Of a DNA stretch of 64,000 bases, positions 50,181 to 62,150 are shown piece after piece (positions within the stretch are counted from its first letter, which is position 1; each line of letters begins with the position of its first letter). The stretch lies in assembly GCF_018350175.1 (NCBI RefSeq), contig NC_058372.1:48858001-48922000 (forward strand). Reading direction: 5' to 3'. The notes under the pieces were generated by a model. That model was not told where the DNA came from. It was given only the letters and a program-made list of their open reading frames with translations, and searched no databases. The DNA is from Felis catus (lineage: Eukaryota). A program made the translations under genes and the position numbers.

Positions 50181-51064
50181 TCACCCCTCAGAAAGTCCCC
50201 TTAAAATTTCTTGCAGGGCTGGTTTAATGGTCACAAACACCTTTAATTTTTGTTTGTCTGGGAAATTTTTATCTCTCCTTCTGTTTTGAATAATAGCCTT
50301 GCTGGATAAAGAATTCTTGGTTGCATATTTTTCTGATTCAGTACAGTGAATATATCCTGCCACTCCTTTCTGGCCTGCCATGTTTCTGTGGATAGGTGTG
50401 CTGAAAACCTGATCTGTCTTCTCTTGTAGGTTAGGGACTTTTTTTCCCTTGCTACTTTCATGATTCTCTCCTTGCCTGAGAATTCTGTGCATTTGACTAT
50501 GATATGCCTTGTCGATGATTGGTTTTTGTTGAGTCTAATGGGGTTCCTCTGTGCTTCCTGGATTTTGATGTCTGCATCTTCCCTCAGGTTAGGAAAGTTT
50601 TCTGCTATGATTTGCTCACATAACCCTTCTACCCCTGTTTCTCTGTCTTCCTCTTCTGGGACCCCTATGATTCTGATGTTGTTCCTTTTTAATGAGTCAC
50701 TGATTTCTCTCATTCTTAAATCGTGCTCTTTTGCCTTCATCTCCCTCTTTTTTTCTGCTTCATTATTCTCTATAAGTTTGTCCTCTCTATCACTGATAAT
50801 CTGCTCTGCCTCGTCCATTCTTGCCGCCACTGCATCCATACGTGATTGCAGGTCAGCTATGGCATTTTTAATTTCATAATGGCTATTTTTATCTTCTTTT
50901 ATCTCTGCAGAAAGGGATTCTAATCTGTTTTCAACTGCAGCTAGTATTATTATCATGATTCTAAATTCTGGTTAAGACATCTTGATTGTATCTGTGTTGG
51001 TTAAATCCCTGACTGTCATTTCTTTGTGCTCTTTCTTTTGGTGTGAATTCCTTCGTTTTGTCAT
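50181..51064 (-). pseudogene. L1 ORF1 (coiled coil, RRM, CTD), disrupted
   Basis: ATG at 51064 (MTKRRNSHQKK); in-frame TAA at 50972-50974; motifs RNNIRIIGVPEEE, IIAENFPNL, QPRILYPARL; frameshift near 50270 before FPDKQKLK...KPALQEIL. Confidence 0.95.
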
Positions 51065-51266
51065 TTTGAAGGGAGAAAAGGAATTAATGAGGTAGAAAAA
51101 TTGAAATTAAAAAAATTAAAATTAAAAAATATTAAAATTAAAAATTAAAAACACACACACAAAAATCAAATAGATGATGCTAGATCTTAGGTGTGTTTTG
51201 GTCTGGGTGTTGAAAGTGGTTTGACAGATTAGAGAAAAAAAGGGAGGGGAGGAAATAGTTAGAGAA

Positions 51267-51908
51267 TTTGAAAAAATGAATACACTGAAGTAGACTAAAA
51301 TGAGATGATGGGGTAAAATAGAGTTTTCAAAAATATACACAAAAGTAAAGAATATGGTAGAAAAAGAATTAAAGAAAACTATTTTTAATAAAAATAATTA
51401 TGATTTTTTTCATTTTCTCTTTTTAAGAAAAAAGAAAGATGAAAAAGAAAAAGATTAAAAAAAAGAAATTGCTTGAAAATTTGAAAAACTGAATACACTG
51501 TAGTAGACTAAAATATGATGGAAGTAAAATAGAATTTGAAAAAAATTACGTAAAAGCAAAAAATATAGTAATAAAAGTTAAATACAAATATTTTTAATAG
51601 AAATTGGAAGTAAAAATGAAGTTTTTATCTTTCTGCATTAAAGAAAAAGAAAAGAAATGAAAAAGAGAAAGAAAAAAAGGAAATTGAAAATTTGAAAAGA
51701 TGAGTACACAAAAGTAGATTAAAATACAGTGATGGAAGTAAAGTAGAATTTGAAAAAAATTACACAAAAGTAAAAAATGTAGTAATAAAAATTAAAAAAA
51801 GATATTTTTAAGAAAAATTGAAAATAAAAATGAATTTTTTCTCTTTCTGTATTCAAGAAAAAGAAAAGCATTGTAAAAGAGAAAAAGGAAAAAGAAAAAA
51901 AAATTGAA
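51267..51908. repeat. Three ~212-bp tandem units in the L1 5'UTR
   Basis: tttgaaaa..tga.tacac...agtaga.taaaat recurs at 51267, 51480 and 51691. Confidence 0.9.
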
Positions 51909-52078
51909 TAGATGAACCTGCTAACAGATTGAAGTAGGACTGGAATTGCTTCGTTTTCCCCTAGAAGTCAGACTATGTAGCTCTTTAAAGTCCATAAATT
52001 AAGCTGGCAGTGAGACTTGTGTTCTTGAAGAGCGAAGTTGGCCCAGTTGGGCGGGGCTCAGTGTAACATCTCTGCTCT

Positions 52079-52092
52079 CCACTAGATGGCGC
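52079..52092 (+). promoter_or_regulatory. CTCF core motif in the L1 5'UTR
   Basis: CCACTAGATGGCGC matches consensus CCASYAGRKGGCRS; occupancy unknown. Confidence 0.55.
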
Positions 52093-53171
52093 TGCTATCC
52101 TACTGGGGTGGATTCTTGCGGTGCTCATAGGTGCGTATGCTCATGTGCAGGAGCGGTGAAAATGGCGCCACCCAGCTACCCAGTCTGTTCTCCCCAATCA
52201 GCAATTGCACACCTGTCCTCTGTCTTTAGCTCTCATCAACTCCCCACTTTTTCACTCTCCGTGACCAGGCCCCAAGCAGTACCTCTCTCCCGAGTTTTTT
52301 CTCAGATGCGTCTGTTTTCCTCGGCCCCTTACTTCTGAAGGACTGTGGCTTTGACCCCTTCTGCCCCTCTGCAGGAGGGTCTCACCGAGCAATGGCCGAA
52401 CGAGCAATGGCTGAATATTGGCTGCACCCAGGAATGCCCACTGGACCCTGCTGTTGCTGGTGCCCCGAGACTGCAGCCAGGTGCCAGCCCACCCCCAAAA
52501 AAGATTGCAAGATAGTGTAGCAGCAGCGTTTCATGGAGTATGGAAAATCACAACATACATCTGGCACCAGGCTTCACCCTTAATGACCTTGCCCCAGCAC
52601 CAGTGAATGTGGCCACCTTCCGGGGTCTGCTGGGACCAGGTGGCTTAAACAGTCTCTACCAAATGTCCTTCCATCAGTGGAACCGCTTTTCTCCATGTGG
52701 CCTGAGAACCTCCCAGACTCCACTCTGTTCCTGGGGATTCGTCCTTCCCACCAGAGCACTGCCAGGTATTGAGCTGCAGAGTTGAAGCCTTTGCCCTCCC
52801 CTTGTTTACAGTCTTAATGGAATTTAAACCCTCTCCTTTCTCCTTTCTCCCTTTTTAGTTTAGTCCCTGCGGCTGTTTCCAATTTTTCACTTTCTCTCCA
52901 GCTGCTTTTGGGGAGAGGTGCTTTTCCCGTATTCTCTCCCCCTCCCCAGTCTCCCTCCTCTCTCTGCCCGCAGAAGTGGTTCCCTACCAAGAGGCTTCTC
53001 GCTCCCCAAGTTCAGCTCTCTGCGCCATGTACCTGCTGAATTCTGTGGTTCAGGTTGTGCAGATTGTTGTGTTAATCCTCCAATCAGTTTTCTAGGTATG
53101 TAGGATGGTTTAGTATTGGTCTGGCTGTATTTCATGGACACGAGACACATAAAAAGCTTCCATGCTGTTCT

Positions 53172-53187
53172 GCCATCTTAGCTCCTC
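53172..53187 (-). promoter_or_regulatory. L1 5'-terminal YY1 motif
   Basis: AAGATGGC within the first 16 nt of the element, as in other mammalian L1 promoters. Confidence 0.7.
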
Positions 53188-53616
53188 CTGTTATTATTGT
53201 AAAGCTTTGACAGAATCCTTTTGACTGAATAACTCAAGTATCAGGGCTTTGCTCCCATCTTCAGAGACTTTCCCAATGTAAGAAGTTCATCATTGCCTAT
53301 CCATCTTGGAGGCTGTGAAGACATCATGAAGAAGGGCAGGACCATGGAGGACAAGGGGAGGGAAAGGAAGGAAGGAGAGTTTGGGGCTCCAGCTAGAATA
53401 AGAGGAAAAGGGGCATACCCTGGCTTTATGCTCTTTCCCTCCAGCCTACTCTGAATATTTTGCTACAACTAGGAAGAAGACCAAGAGAAGGATGAATGAA
53501 ATTAACTATATTCTTTTAAGATAGAAGGCAGAGTCTCCTATTTTCTGTCATCAATCAGCTCTAAGCTGATACCAGTACTGAGGCTGTACATATTTGTTTA
53601 AAAGTCTATAAACATA

Positions 53617-53722
53617 CATATCTATCTATAGATATAGATATAGATAGATGATATAGATAGATGATATATAGATATAGATATAGATATAGATATAGATATA
53701 GATATAGATATAGATATAGATA
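53617..53722. repeat. (GATA)n/(GATATA)n compound microsatellite
   Basis: direct reading. Confidence 0.95.
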
Positions 53723-53774
53723 TTTTAACAGTCTGTTTCCTTTGTTAAAATTTCCATTATAAGATTCCCTTAAA

Positions 53775-54017
53775 AAGTGCCTGGGTGGTTCAGTCGGTTA
53801 AGGGTCTGACTATTGATTTTGGCTCAGGTCATGATCTCATGGTTCATGAGATCGAGCCCCATGTTGGGCTCTGTTCTGATGACACAGAGGCTGCTTGGGA
53901 TGCTCTCTCTTTCTCTGTCCCTCCCCCATGCTCGCTCTCTCTCACTGTCTCTCTACCCCTCCCCCATGCTCGCTCACTCTTTTTCTCTCTCAAAATAAAT
54001 AAATAAATATGAAAAAA
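53775..54017 (+). mobile_element. Can-SINE (older subfamily) with internal duplication
   Basis: gtgcctgggtggttcagtcggttaag head; ccctcccccatgctcgctc occurs twice. Confidence 0.93.
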
Positions 54018-54249
54018 GAGTATATTAGCATACTCATAAGTAATTTTTTGCATATAAAAATCAAAAAGTAAATTTCACTGTTTTATTTACTATAAATTTA
54101 ATTAATGGGGTGCTGTCTGGGCCAAGTATTGCATTAACATTAAGACCTGGGTCTTCTCCTGGATTGTTTGTTCATTATTTATTTCATTAATCCAACTGCT
54201 ATTCATTGAGTGCTTCCTATCTGCCACCTGCTACCAATATGACTTAGAC

Positions 54250-54444
54250 CAGGGGTTTGCAAACTACAGTTCACAGGCCAAATCCAGTCTGCTACCTGCT
54301 TTTCTATATAAAGTTTTATTGGAACACAGTCATGCCAGTTTGTTTACATATTGTGTGTGGCCATCTTTTTCACTAGAGGCCGCCTGGGCCACAAAGCCAA
54401 AAATATTCACTAACTGGCTGTACAGAAAATGCTTGTAGCCTCTG
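54250..54444 (+). mobile_element. MER58A hAT MITE
   Basis: caggggtttgcaaactac...ggccaaatcc...ataaagttttattggaacacag; 8-bp TSD acttagac / acttagag. Confidence 0.9.
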
Positions 54445-54569
54445 ACTTAGAGAATCAAAGATATTATCCCTGGCTTAGTTTCCTGATCTGAATAATGAGG
54501 ACATAAATGTCTACCTTGTTCTATTTCTGTCATTCTTCTGTGTGTAGAAAATTGATATTTAAAATATGA

Positions 54570-54770
54570 AATAACAGTTGCTGTCATTTATTGAGAACTC
54601 ATCATGAATCAGGTGGTTAGCTAAGCTCATCTCACTGAATCCTCACAAAGTAGCCCCTATCATGGATTTTGGGATAAATGAGGAAACTGGAACATCAAGA
54701 GCTTGGTTGACATGGCTAGAGTGGCACTGCCAGTAAGTGCAAAGCCTGACTCCACAGCTCAGGAAGATTC
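54570..54770 (-). mobile_element. MIR
   Basis: catttattgag...tctcactgaatcctcacaa...ataaatgaggaaactgg. Confidence 0.75.
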
Positions 54771-54913
54771 TTTCTCAGTTCCCTTAATCTGTCTGGTGAG
54801 GATCACGTATCTCTTTGAACAGGGCTGGAGGACAGCCTGAATGCCGTGTGAAAGCCAGCATGAAGGCCTGCCTGGCCCAGCGCAGAGCAGGGACATAATG
54901 ATAAATCATCTTT

Positions 54914-55110
54914 TTTTTTTAACTGTTTATTTTTGAGAGAGAAAGAGCACATACACACTGCGTGCAGGTGTGGGGGAGGGGCAGACAGAGAGGCAGACAG
55001 GATCTAAAGTGGGTTCTACACTGACAGCAGAGAGCCTGATGCGGGGCTTGAACTCAGAAACTATGAGATCATGACCTGAGCCTTAATGGACTGAGCCACC
55101 CAGGTGCCCC
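54914..55110 (-). mobile_element. Can-SINE with short internal deletion
   Basis: TSD aaatcatcttt (54903-54913 / 55115-55125). Confidence 0.94.
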
Positions 55111-57200
55111 AGAAAAATCATCTTTAAGGATTTATTTCACCAGAGCTACCCATCAAATGTACTTAAATGGATTTGAACAGTTATTCACTTTGAATGTATT
55201 GATCTTTATGAGCCCAGTGGTATAAAGAGACTTAGAAATTATATGTAGATGGTACAAACTTATGTACTGTTGCTGTGGTGTCTGAATGTCATGAATTCAG
55301 TTACTTAACTCACCCTGTCCTGTGCGTCTAACAAAGTATTGAAGGCTACACACTTTCTGTAGAATGCTCAATGTTAAATGCTCCCTTTTACATGTTCTAC
55401 ACATCTTAAAATGCCATTTTCCCTCTGTGGAGAAGGGAGTGGGTAGGCAAGTAACCACCCTAAACGATGAATCACTCTGTGTTTCAATGCTGTTCCGTTA
55501 ATTTAAGTGACATTTTGACAATAGCATGCTGTCAGTCCAATGGTTTGACCTATACAACAACCTCTAATTATTACTAATTAAATAATTAATTATTCATAGA
55601 GGCACATTCCATTAGCATAGTAGAGATGTGTTGGAATATGAGTTATATGTGGTTTATGAATCTTCAGAAAATAGATTCTTTAATAAATTAATAAAGGGGC
55701 TCTGGGGTTTCATTAAAAGGTGGCTGGAGGGTGTGCTTGCCTGTTTCCAAGGAGACCACAGGTGGTTCGTTGCTTTTTTTTTTAAGTTAAACTTGTTTGG
55801 GCTAGATGATTTTTTTTCACCCTTTTCTCACTGCTCTGTCCTCAGGCAGAGTATGGAACATTTTAATGAAACCCCTGTTGTCTTCATATCACTTTGATCC
55901 CCTTGTGTTCTCTCCAGTCTACACATTGGCCAGTCGGATGAAGGGTTTCAGATTTTCCCCCCAGTATTAAAAACTGTGGCATGCCCTCCATGAATAAACA
56001 ACATTTCGGTGGAGACCCAGTGAAGAGAAAGGCAGAGCAAACAAAGGGATGAAGGAAAATGCATAAATTCAAATGACACGGGCCTCATTTACCCACTTAA
56101 TTACCCTGACTCCTGACTCTGTTAGCCATTGCGATTATTTTTCCAGTTAAGCCTGATTTAAAGAACTTAGAGAAAAATAGGCTCATCCATTTCCTTCCCC
56201 CTCAACAATCTCTTTGCCACATGGAGTTCCACTCCTTCGTTATCTCACTGTAATAATGATCATGGTAATATTAATATCTTCCAGCACTGTTCACTAAATA
56301 GTGATAAAAATAGTAATATTAATGTTTTCTAACATCCATTTTTGATGCTCTGAGGCGCATTATAAATTCTGTCTTTGTTTAAGCAGTGGGGAACCCACAA
56401 AATATCATTACAGTTATCATTAGAACTCAAGGGCACTCTCTGGAATCTGAAACCTAAGTGGGGCTATGTCAGCAAGCATTCCAGGACCATGGATGGAACA
56501 AAAAAGTGAATAAAATAGAATTTTTTATACCGTTTCAACATTTGACCTATTTTGGAGATTACTTTTTTTTTTTTTTTTAAATACCTGCTGATTATTCTCC
56601 CAAAAGATAGAGGAACTTGTTTTCCTGAAACCAGCCGCATTCAGTCCTTCAAAGTCACTAGGGCCCATCCCACCATTTTTTTCCCCTCCTACTCTCTTGC
56701 CCCTTCCACAAACAGGAGGGGAAGTGGATCCCTACCTAGCAATAGTGACCTGCTTTTGAGGGATCAGGAGCCACTCCACTCTTTAATTGAGTAGCATTTA
56801 GTCCAGGTGATGGATGGCATAGACATAGAGTAGGAAACCTCACAGGACTGAACCCTGGGAGGCCAAAGGGGAAATACAGAGTACGTTTTCATTACTAATG
56901 GATCCTGCTAAGTGGAAAAAAAGCTTTCCCTGGAAACCTGGGAAAGAAAATACCCTTCAGTAGCAGGCTTAATTTTCTGACATTTTCTTTTGCTTTCACC
57001 CTCTCCACACAAAGGACCCAGCTTCGAGCTTTAGCTTGGCTCAACCACTCTGCTTAAGGCCATCAGTCACTGGGGGACATGAGCCTGCTGTTATTGGACC
57101 CTGGCTTGGTCTAAAACTCTCTGGCTTTCCTCTTCTTTCCTAGCTCCCTGGCTCTGATGGGATTTTGTTTTGTTTCATTTTACTTTCTTTCTCACTTTTT

Positions 57201-57408
57201 GTTTTTAAGATTTATTGTTATTTATTTTGAGACAGAGCAGGCAGGGGAGGGGCAGAGAGAGAGAGACAGACAGATAGAATCCCAAGCAGGCCTCTCACTG
57301 TCAGCTTAGACCTGATGTGGGGCTCGAACTCATGAACTGTGAGATCATAACCTAAGCCAAAATCAAGAGTTGGATGCTTAACTCTTGGACTGAGCCACCC
57401 AGACTTGC
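57201..57408 (-). mobile_element. Can-SINE (older subfamily)
   Basis: 17-bp TSD tttctttctcacttttt (57184-57200 / 57410-57426). Confidence 0.95.
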
Positions 57409-58524
57409 TTTTCTTTCTCACTTTTTAAAGTTCTTTTCCTTCTCTTCTCAGCTCGAAGACGTCTGCTAAATGGGCAGTTATATATGGCTTTTTTTTAAAA
57501 CTCAGCAAAATATATAGATGGCACCATTATAAGTATCTGGACTAGAAAATACAATCAGGAAAGGTAAAATAATATCAATATAATATCAAATAACATAAAG
57601 CTAATTACTAACACAAACGGATGTTTACTAATACTTATTATAGGAATATGAATCATTTTAGGAAAATATTATCAAGCCCATAGGCATCCAGGAATTCACC
57701 CCCCCCCTTCTTAAAAATGAACTCAGGGAAGATTAAAGCCTTAATTAAACACATACTTTATTTCTGTATTTAGTTTTCACAAACGACATCCTTTTAATAT
57801 AAAACTGACATTCTGGCATCACTCACATGCCCAGAAAAGTCAGATAATCAACAACAGTTTATAATAACATTGCACCAGAGTAATTAATAACGTCTGAAGT
57901 ACAATGAAAAAAAATGTGTGTTTCCTAATAACATGATGAGATATTCATTTTCATGTATGCTATTTAGAAGATTTGAAGCTCTGAAAAGTAGAGAAAGAAA
58001 TTAAGTATTTGAGGACTTGTCATAACTTTGCCTACTCTATCTATTTTGGTTTCCTATCTTTAACTCTTGTTCTTTTTTCCATCCTACCCCCTGATTCACT
58101 AGATGAGATCTGGTCCTCAAATGTGTTGGCTTTCAAAAGTACACAGATCCTGCAGCATATGTGAGCCATGTTAACATCAAGAGAAAAATGCCAGTATTCT
58201 ATGTTATAGTTTAATGTTTGTTTACATTCTTACATATAGATAATTGTTAGCTCCAGCTTTGTGAAGAGAAGGGACTAGGTGATCTCTTAAAATTCTTCCC
58301 AGGCTTCTATCATGAACTTACCAGCCTATATGGCAATATCTGTGCAAGCCCGCTGAGTTTTTCTATAAAAATCGAAGCAAGAGGTTAGTACATACAAACG
58401 GTTGAAAACATGAAGTGAGCTTTTAAGAGTCACTGTCTTTTTTATCTAAGCCAGTTACTAATATTAATTATAATTCATGATTATAGTCTTTTCATCATTT
58501 CATCCATCCATCAAAACTTTACCA

Positions 58525-58729
58525 GGGTGCCTGTGTGGCTCAATCGGTTGAGTGTCTGACTCCAGCTCAGGTCATGATCTCATGGTTCGTGGGTTTGAGC
58601 CCTGCATTGGGCTCACTGCTGTCAGTGCACAGCCTGCCTCAGATCCTCTGTTCCCCTCTTTCTCTGACCATCACCCACTCGCATGCACATGTGCTCTCTC
58701 TCTCTCTCTCTTTCAAAATAAACATTAAA
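58525..58729 (+). mobile_element. Can-SINE
   Basis: TSD aaaactttacca (58513-58524 / 58730-58741). Confidence 0.95.
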
Positions 58730-59349
58730 AAAACTTTACCAAGTGTTGCCAGAAAGCCAGTTCTGAATCCTATTTGCAGATTTAAAAAATTATAATGGAA
58801 CTTAGAAATGAAAACGTGGTACAGTTTAGAATTCTCTGTTGAGAAGCATGTTTGAAAACCTTGAAGGATATTAACATTGGCCTTCAAATTTTGTCACCAA
58901 TCTGCTCTTTAAAGGACATTCCCCTTACTATTCTCAAGGCTAAATATTCTATGTATGTTGTTTTCTTAACCTCTATGTTACTCTAAGCAGAGGGTTGACA
59001 GGAAGCAAAGCTCCACTGTTTGCATTTTCCCCCACTGCCGCATGAGTATGAATGGGGGTGAATCTTCTACCTACCTCAGCTCCTTCCCCCCACCCCCTCC
59101 TCACTTTTATTTTCTATCTCCTTACCACAGACACACATACCCTTTGCTCTGCTAGAGCAAATCTGGACAGCAGGGACTGTGTCTCATTTTATTTCTAAAA
59201 TGTCCACATTTAACATATTGATGAGCATATAACAGTACATTTTTGTTGTTGAATAAATGGGTCAAATCAAGCCTAATAAACAATACAGCACAGGAACATG
59301 TGGGTGCAACAGAGGGGATTTTATGGACTATTAAGAAGATATTACCCTT

Positions 59350-59549
59350 GGGGCACCTGGGTGGCTGTCAGTTAAGCATCTGACATTGGCTTAGGTCATG
59401 ATCTCACAGTCCCTGAGTTTGTGCCCCGCATCAGGCTCTGTGAGCCTGCTTCAGATTCTGTGCCTCCCTCTCTGCCCTACCCTGCTCATGCCTCTGCCTC
59501 TCTCTCTCTCTCTCTCTCAACAGTAAATAAACATTAAAAAAATTTTTTA
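59350..59549 (+). mobile_element. Can-SINE
   Basis: TSD aagatattacccttg (59336-59350 / 59550-59564). Confidence 0.95.
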
Positions 59550-60221
59550 AAGATATTACCCTTGCCAAGGACAGACCCAGACAAAATTTTAAATCAACTG
59601 CATTTTATTTCTGACCCCAGTGCCCTCATTTTGTGTTCTATTCTTCTTTAAATTATTTGCTCACCCCTTCCCAGCTTCTAGGTTTTCTGTTCTCATAACT
59701 TGGGCATCTCTTCTATTGCCATCCTTTGTCTCCCCCTGCCATGACCATGCTCTGCTTTCCCTAAGATGACCTGATTCCTCATTCTATGCAGTCATGCATG
59801 TTCTAGATCACATTTCTCCAGGAGCCTACTCCAAAGCATTTACCTCTCTGAAAAAGATGTTTACTACTCTTGTAGTGAATCTTATTAATAAAAGTAATAG
59901 CTTACATTTATACATTCATCGACCTCTCTCTGTGGTGCTATAACTGCTAAGTGTTAATGCACTAACTTTCTCAGAAGCATTTGCCTTTTAATAGGGAATA
60001 TTACCTCCCTGAAAATTAACTGTGTAATAGTGTTCTTTCATACATAGTGGGGGGAATTTTTTTTTTGACAGGGGAGCTTTCACTGTCTCTCAAATTTTGC
60101 ACATATTGGTTTTTCTTGGTCCCTTCTTTAGTGGTACTTAGTATTTTTCAGGTACCTGTGTGATCATCATTTCCTGAGTGAATAGAAGATCCTTGGACTG
60201 GATCCCAAAAAGGATTTTTAT

Positions 60222-60721
60222 TGTTTTATTAGTTTCCTATTGATATCATGAGTATTGTCACAAACTTAGTAGCTTAAAACAATACAACTTTATTATCTTA
60301 CAGTTCTGTAGGTCACAGATCAACATAATTGTCACTGGGCTTAAGTCAAAGTGTCAACAGCTACATTACTTTCTGAAGGCATTAGGGGAGAATATATTCC
60401 CTTGAATTTTCCAGCTTCTAGGGGCCACTCAGATTCCTTGGCTCATGGCCTCCTTCCTCTATTTTCAAAGCCAGCATTGCTATGTATCTATGGTCTTTCT
60501 TCCATAGTTCCATCTCCCTCTAAAAACAACCAGGAAACGTTCTCTGCTCTTTAAGGGTGGTTATATTGCACCAATCCACATTATCCCTGATATTTCCTCA
60601 TCTCAGTGTCTATATCCTTAATTACATCTGCAAAGCCCCTTTTGCCATTTAAGGTAACATGTTCACAGATTCTATGGAATAGAACTAGACATGCTTGGGG
60701 GCCATTGCTGTGCCCACCATA
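60222..60721 (-). mobile_element. MLT1D-like solo LTR, near complete
   Basis: tattagtttcctattg...cacaaacttagtagcttaaaacaatacaa...ttttccagcttctagggg...cttaattacatctgcaaagccccttttgcca...gggggccatt. Confidence 0.85.
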
Positions 60722-60799
60722 TTCATTAGAGTGATAAAATATTTCAGAAAGAGAATATTGTCTAAAAAAGATAGAAGATCAGAAGCATAGATACTACGC

Positions 60800-61530
60800 C
60801 ATTAGGGTTGAAACAGGGAGAGATGGTGCACACAAGCTGTAAATGGAGGTTAATTTAATGCAGACTATTTACAAAGATGAGAAGAGGTGTAGAGATGCCA
60901 TAAGGATAGTGCACTCTTTTTTTTAAAATTTTTTTTTCAACGTTTATTTATTTTTGGGACAGAGAGAGACAGAGCATGAACGGAGGAGGGGCAGAGAGAG
61001 AGGGAGACACAGAATCAGAAACAGGCTCCAGGCTCTGAGCCATCAGCCCAGAGCCCGACGTGAGGCTCGAACTCCCGGACCGCAAGATCGTGACCTGGCT
61101 GAAGTCGGATGCTTAACCGACTGCGCCACCCAGGCGCCCCAAGATAGTGCACTCTTTATGCCTGAGTGAAAGCAGGGGAGCCATTACCAACCTTCAGGAG
61201 AATGCGCAAAGGGAGTGAGCAGTAACCAGAGCCTGTATAGAAGACAGCATGACAGACATTGTAGCTTTTCGTATATACAGATAGTCAACCTGGGGTGATT
61301 CAGCAGGAAGACAATTTGGGAAACAAATAACCAAATGCCACTCTCCTCCACATTCCCATCAATCTTCAGTCTCCAGCCAGTGCCACCCCATTCCATTCCC
61401 CCCCACACCACTGTTGGCTGAATCCAACCAGCAGGAGCCAACAAAGGAGCCCACTGATGTAGTCTTTGGTCAGGGAAGGATGGATAGTAGTAAAAAGCAG
61501 ATTTAGAATGGCAAATGGAAAGCGGGAAAA
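60800..61530. mobile_element. ERVL solo LTR (LTR40/41-like), interrupted by a SINE
   Basis: ttggctgaatccaaccagcagg...ggagcccactgatgtagtc; similar to the element at 21520-21984. Confidence 0.55.
60920..61140 (-). mobile_element. Young SINEC_Fc-type Can-SINE
   Basis: perfect 15-bp TSD gatagtgcactcttt (60905-60919 / 61143-61157). Confidence 0.97.
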
Positions 61531-61839
61531 TATATTGGTATATTTAGGCACAACTAGAGAAGATGAGGATATCCAAGAGGCAAAAACAAAGATTTATGTA
61601 CAAATAGTAAAAAAAAAATCTTTATGGGCACTTAGTCCAATATCAGTGACCACACTCGTTTAAATCACATATGTCTCTAATTCAGAGGGGAAAAACAGGT
61701 CCTTAGGAACATAAAGTCATTCCAGACAGTAGTGGTGCTTGATGAATACTGCACTGAAATCTGCATATTTCTTTGTCTAGGTGCAACCATTTCCCTAGTT
61801 TCCATCAGGTCCTATATTGATGGGGCACTGGATGGACAC

Positions 61840-62150
61840 TGATATTTATTGAGCACCTTCTATGAGTTTGGCACTTTGGGTATAATACAAAATGCTTACA
61901 TAAACTCAGAGGCAGGTATTATTATCCCCTTTTAACTGATGAAGAAATTGAGGCTCAGTGACATTTAATCATCTACTTATGTGTTCATTCAGAAAAGGAC
62001 TGTTTATTGAGTGAACGCCTATGGAGTGACAGGTAATACATGAAGTTTTTGGATAGAAGGTTAATTAAGGCACAGTCTCTGTTTCTGTTCTCTCTTAAGC
62101 ATAAGGAAATGCTTTAACAGATAATTTCTATAAAACATGGAACACAAGGA
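61840..62150 (-). mobile_element. Adjacent MIR (~61840-61970) and L2 (~61975-62150) fragments
   Basis: aggtattattatccccttttaactgatgaagaaattgaggctcag (MIR); tgtttattgagtgaacgcctatg (L2). Confidence 0.7.

Larger units (their letters stand above)
45957..53187 (-). mobile_element. Full-length (~7.2 kb) inactivated felid LINE-1
   Basis: 11-bp TSD ctgttattatt (45946-45956 / 53188-53198); 5' end GAGGAGCTAAGATGGC; 5'UTR-ORF1-spacer-ORF2-3'UTR-A-tail order intact. Confidence 0.98.

Noticed and set aside
46571..50879. Plus-strand hydrophobic ORFs (for example 47042-47365, 47948-48307, 50460-50879)
   Set aside because: Antisense shadows of L1 ORF1/ORF2
51267..51908. Regular repeats near a reverse transcriptase (CRISPR-, retron- or DGR-like system?)
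   Set aside because: Units are contiguous degenerate tandem copies with no unique spacers; the RT is ordinary L1 ORF2 in a mammalian genome
54370..54383. CTCF-like tcactagaggccgc in MER58A
   Set aside because: Mismatches at two core positions; too weak to call
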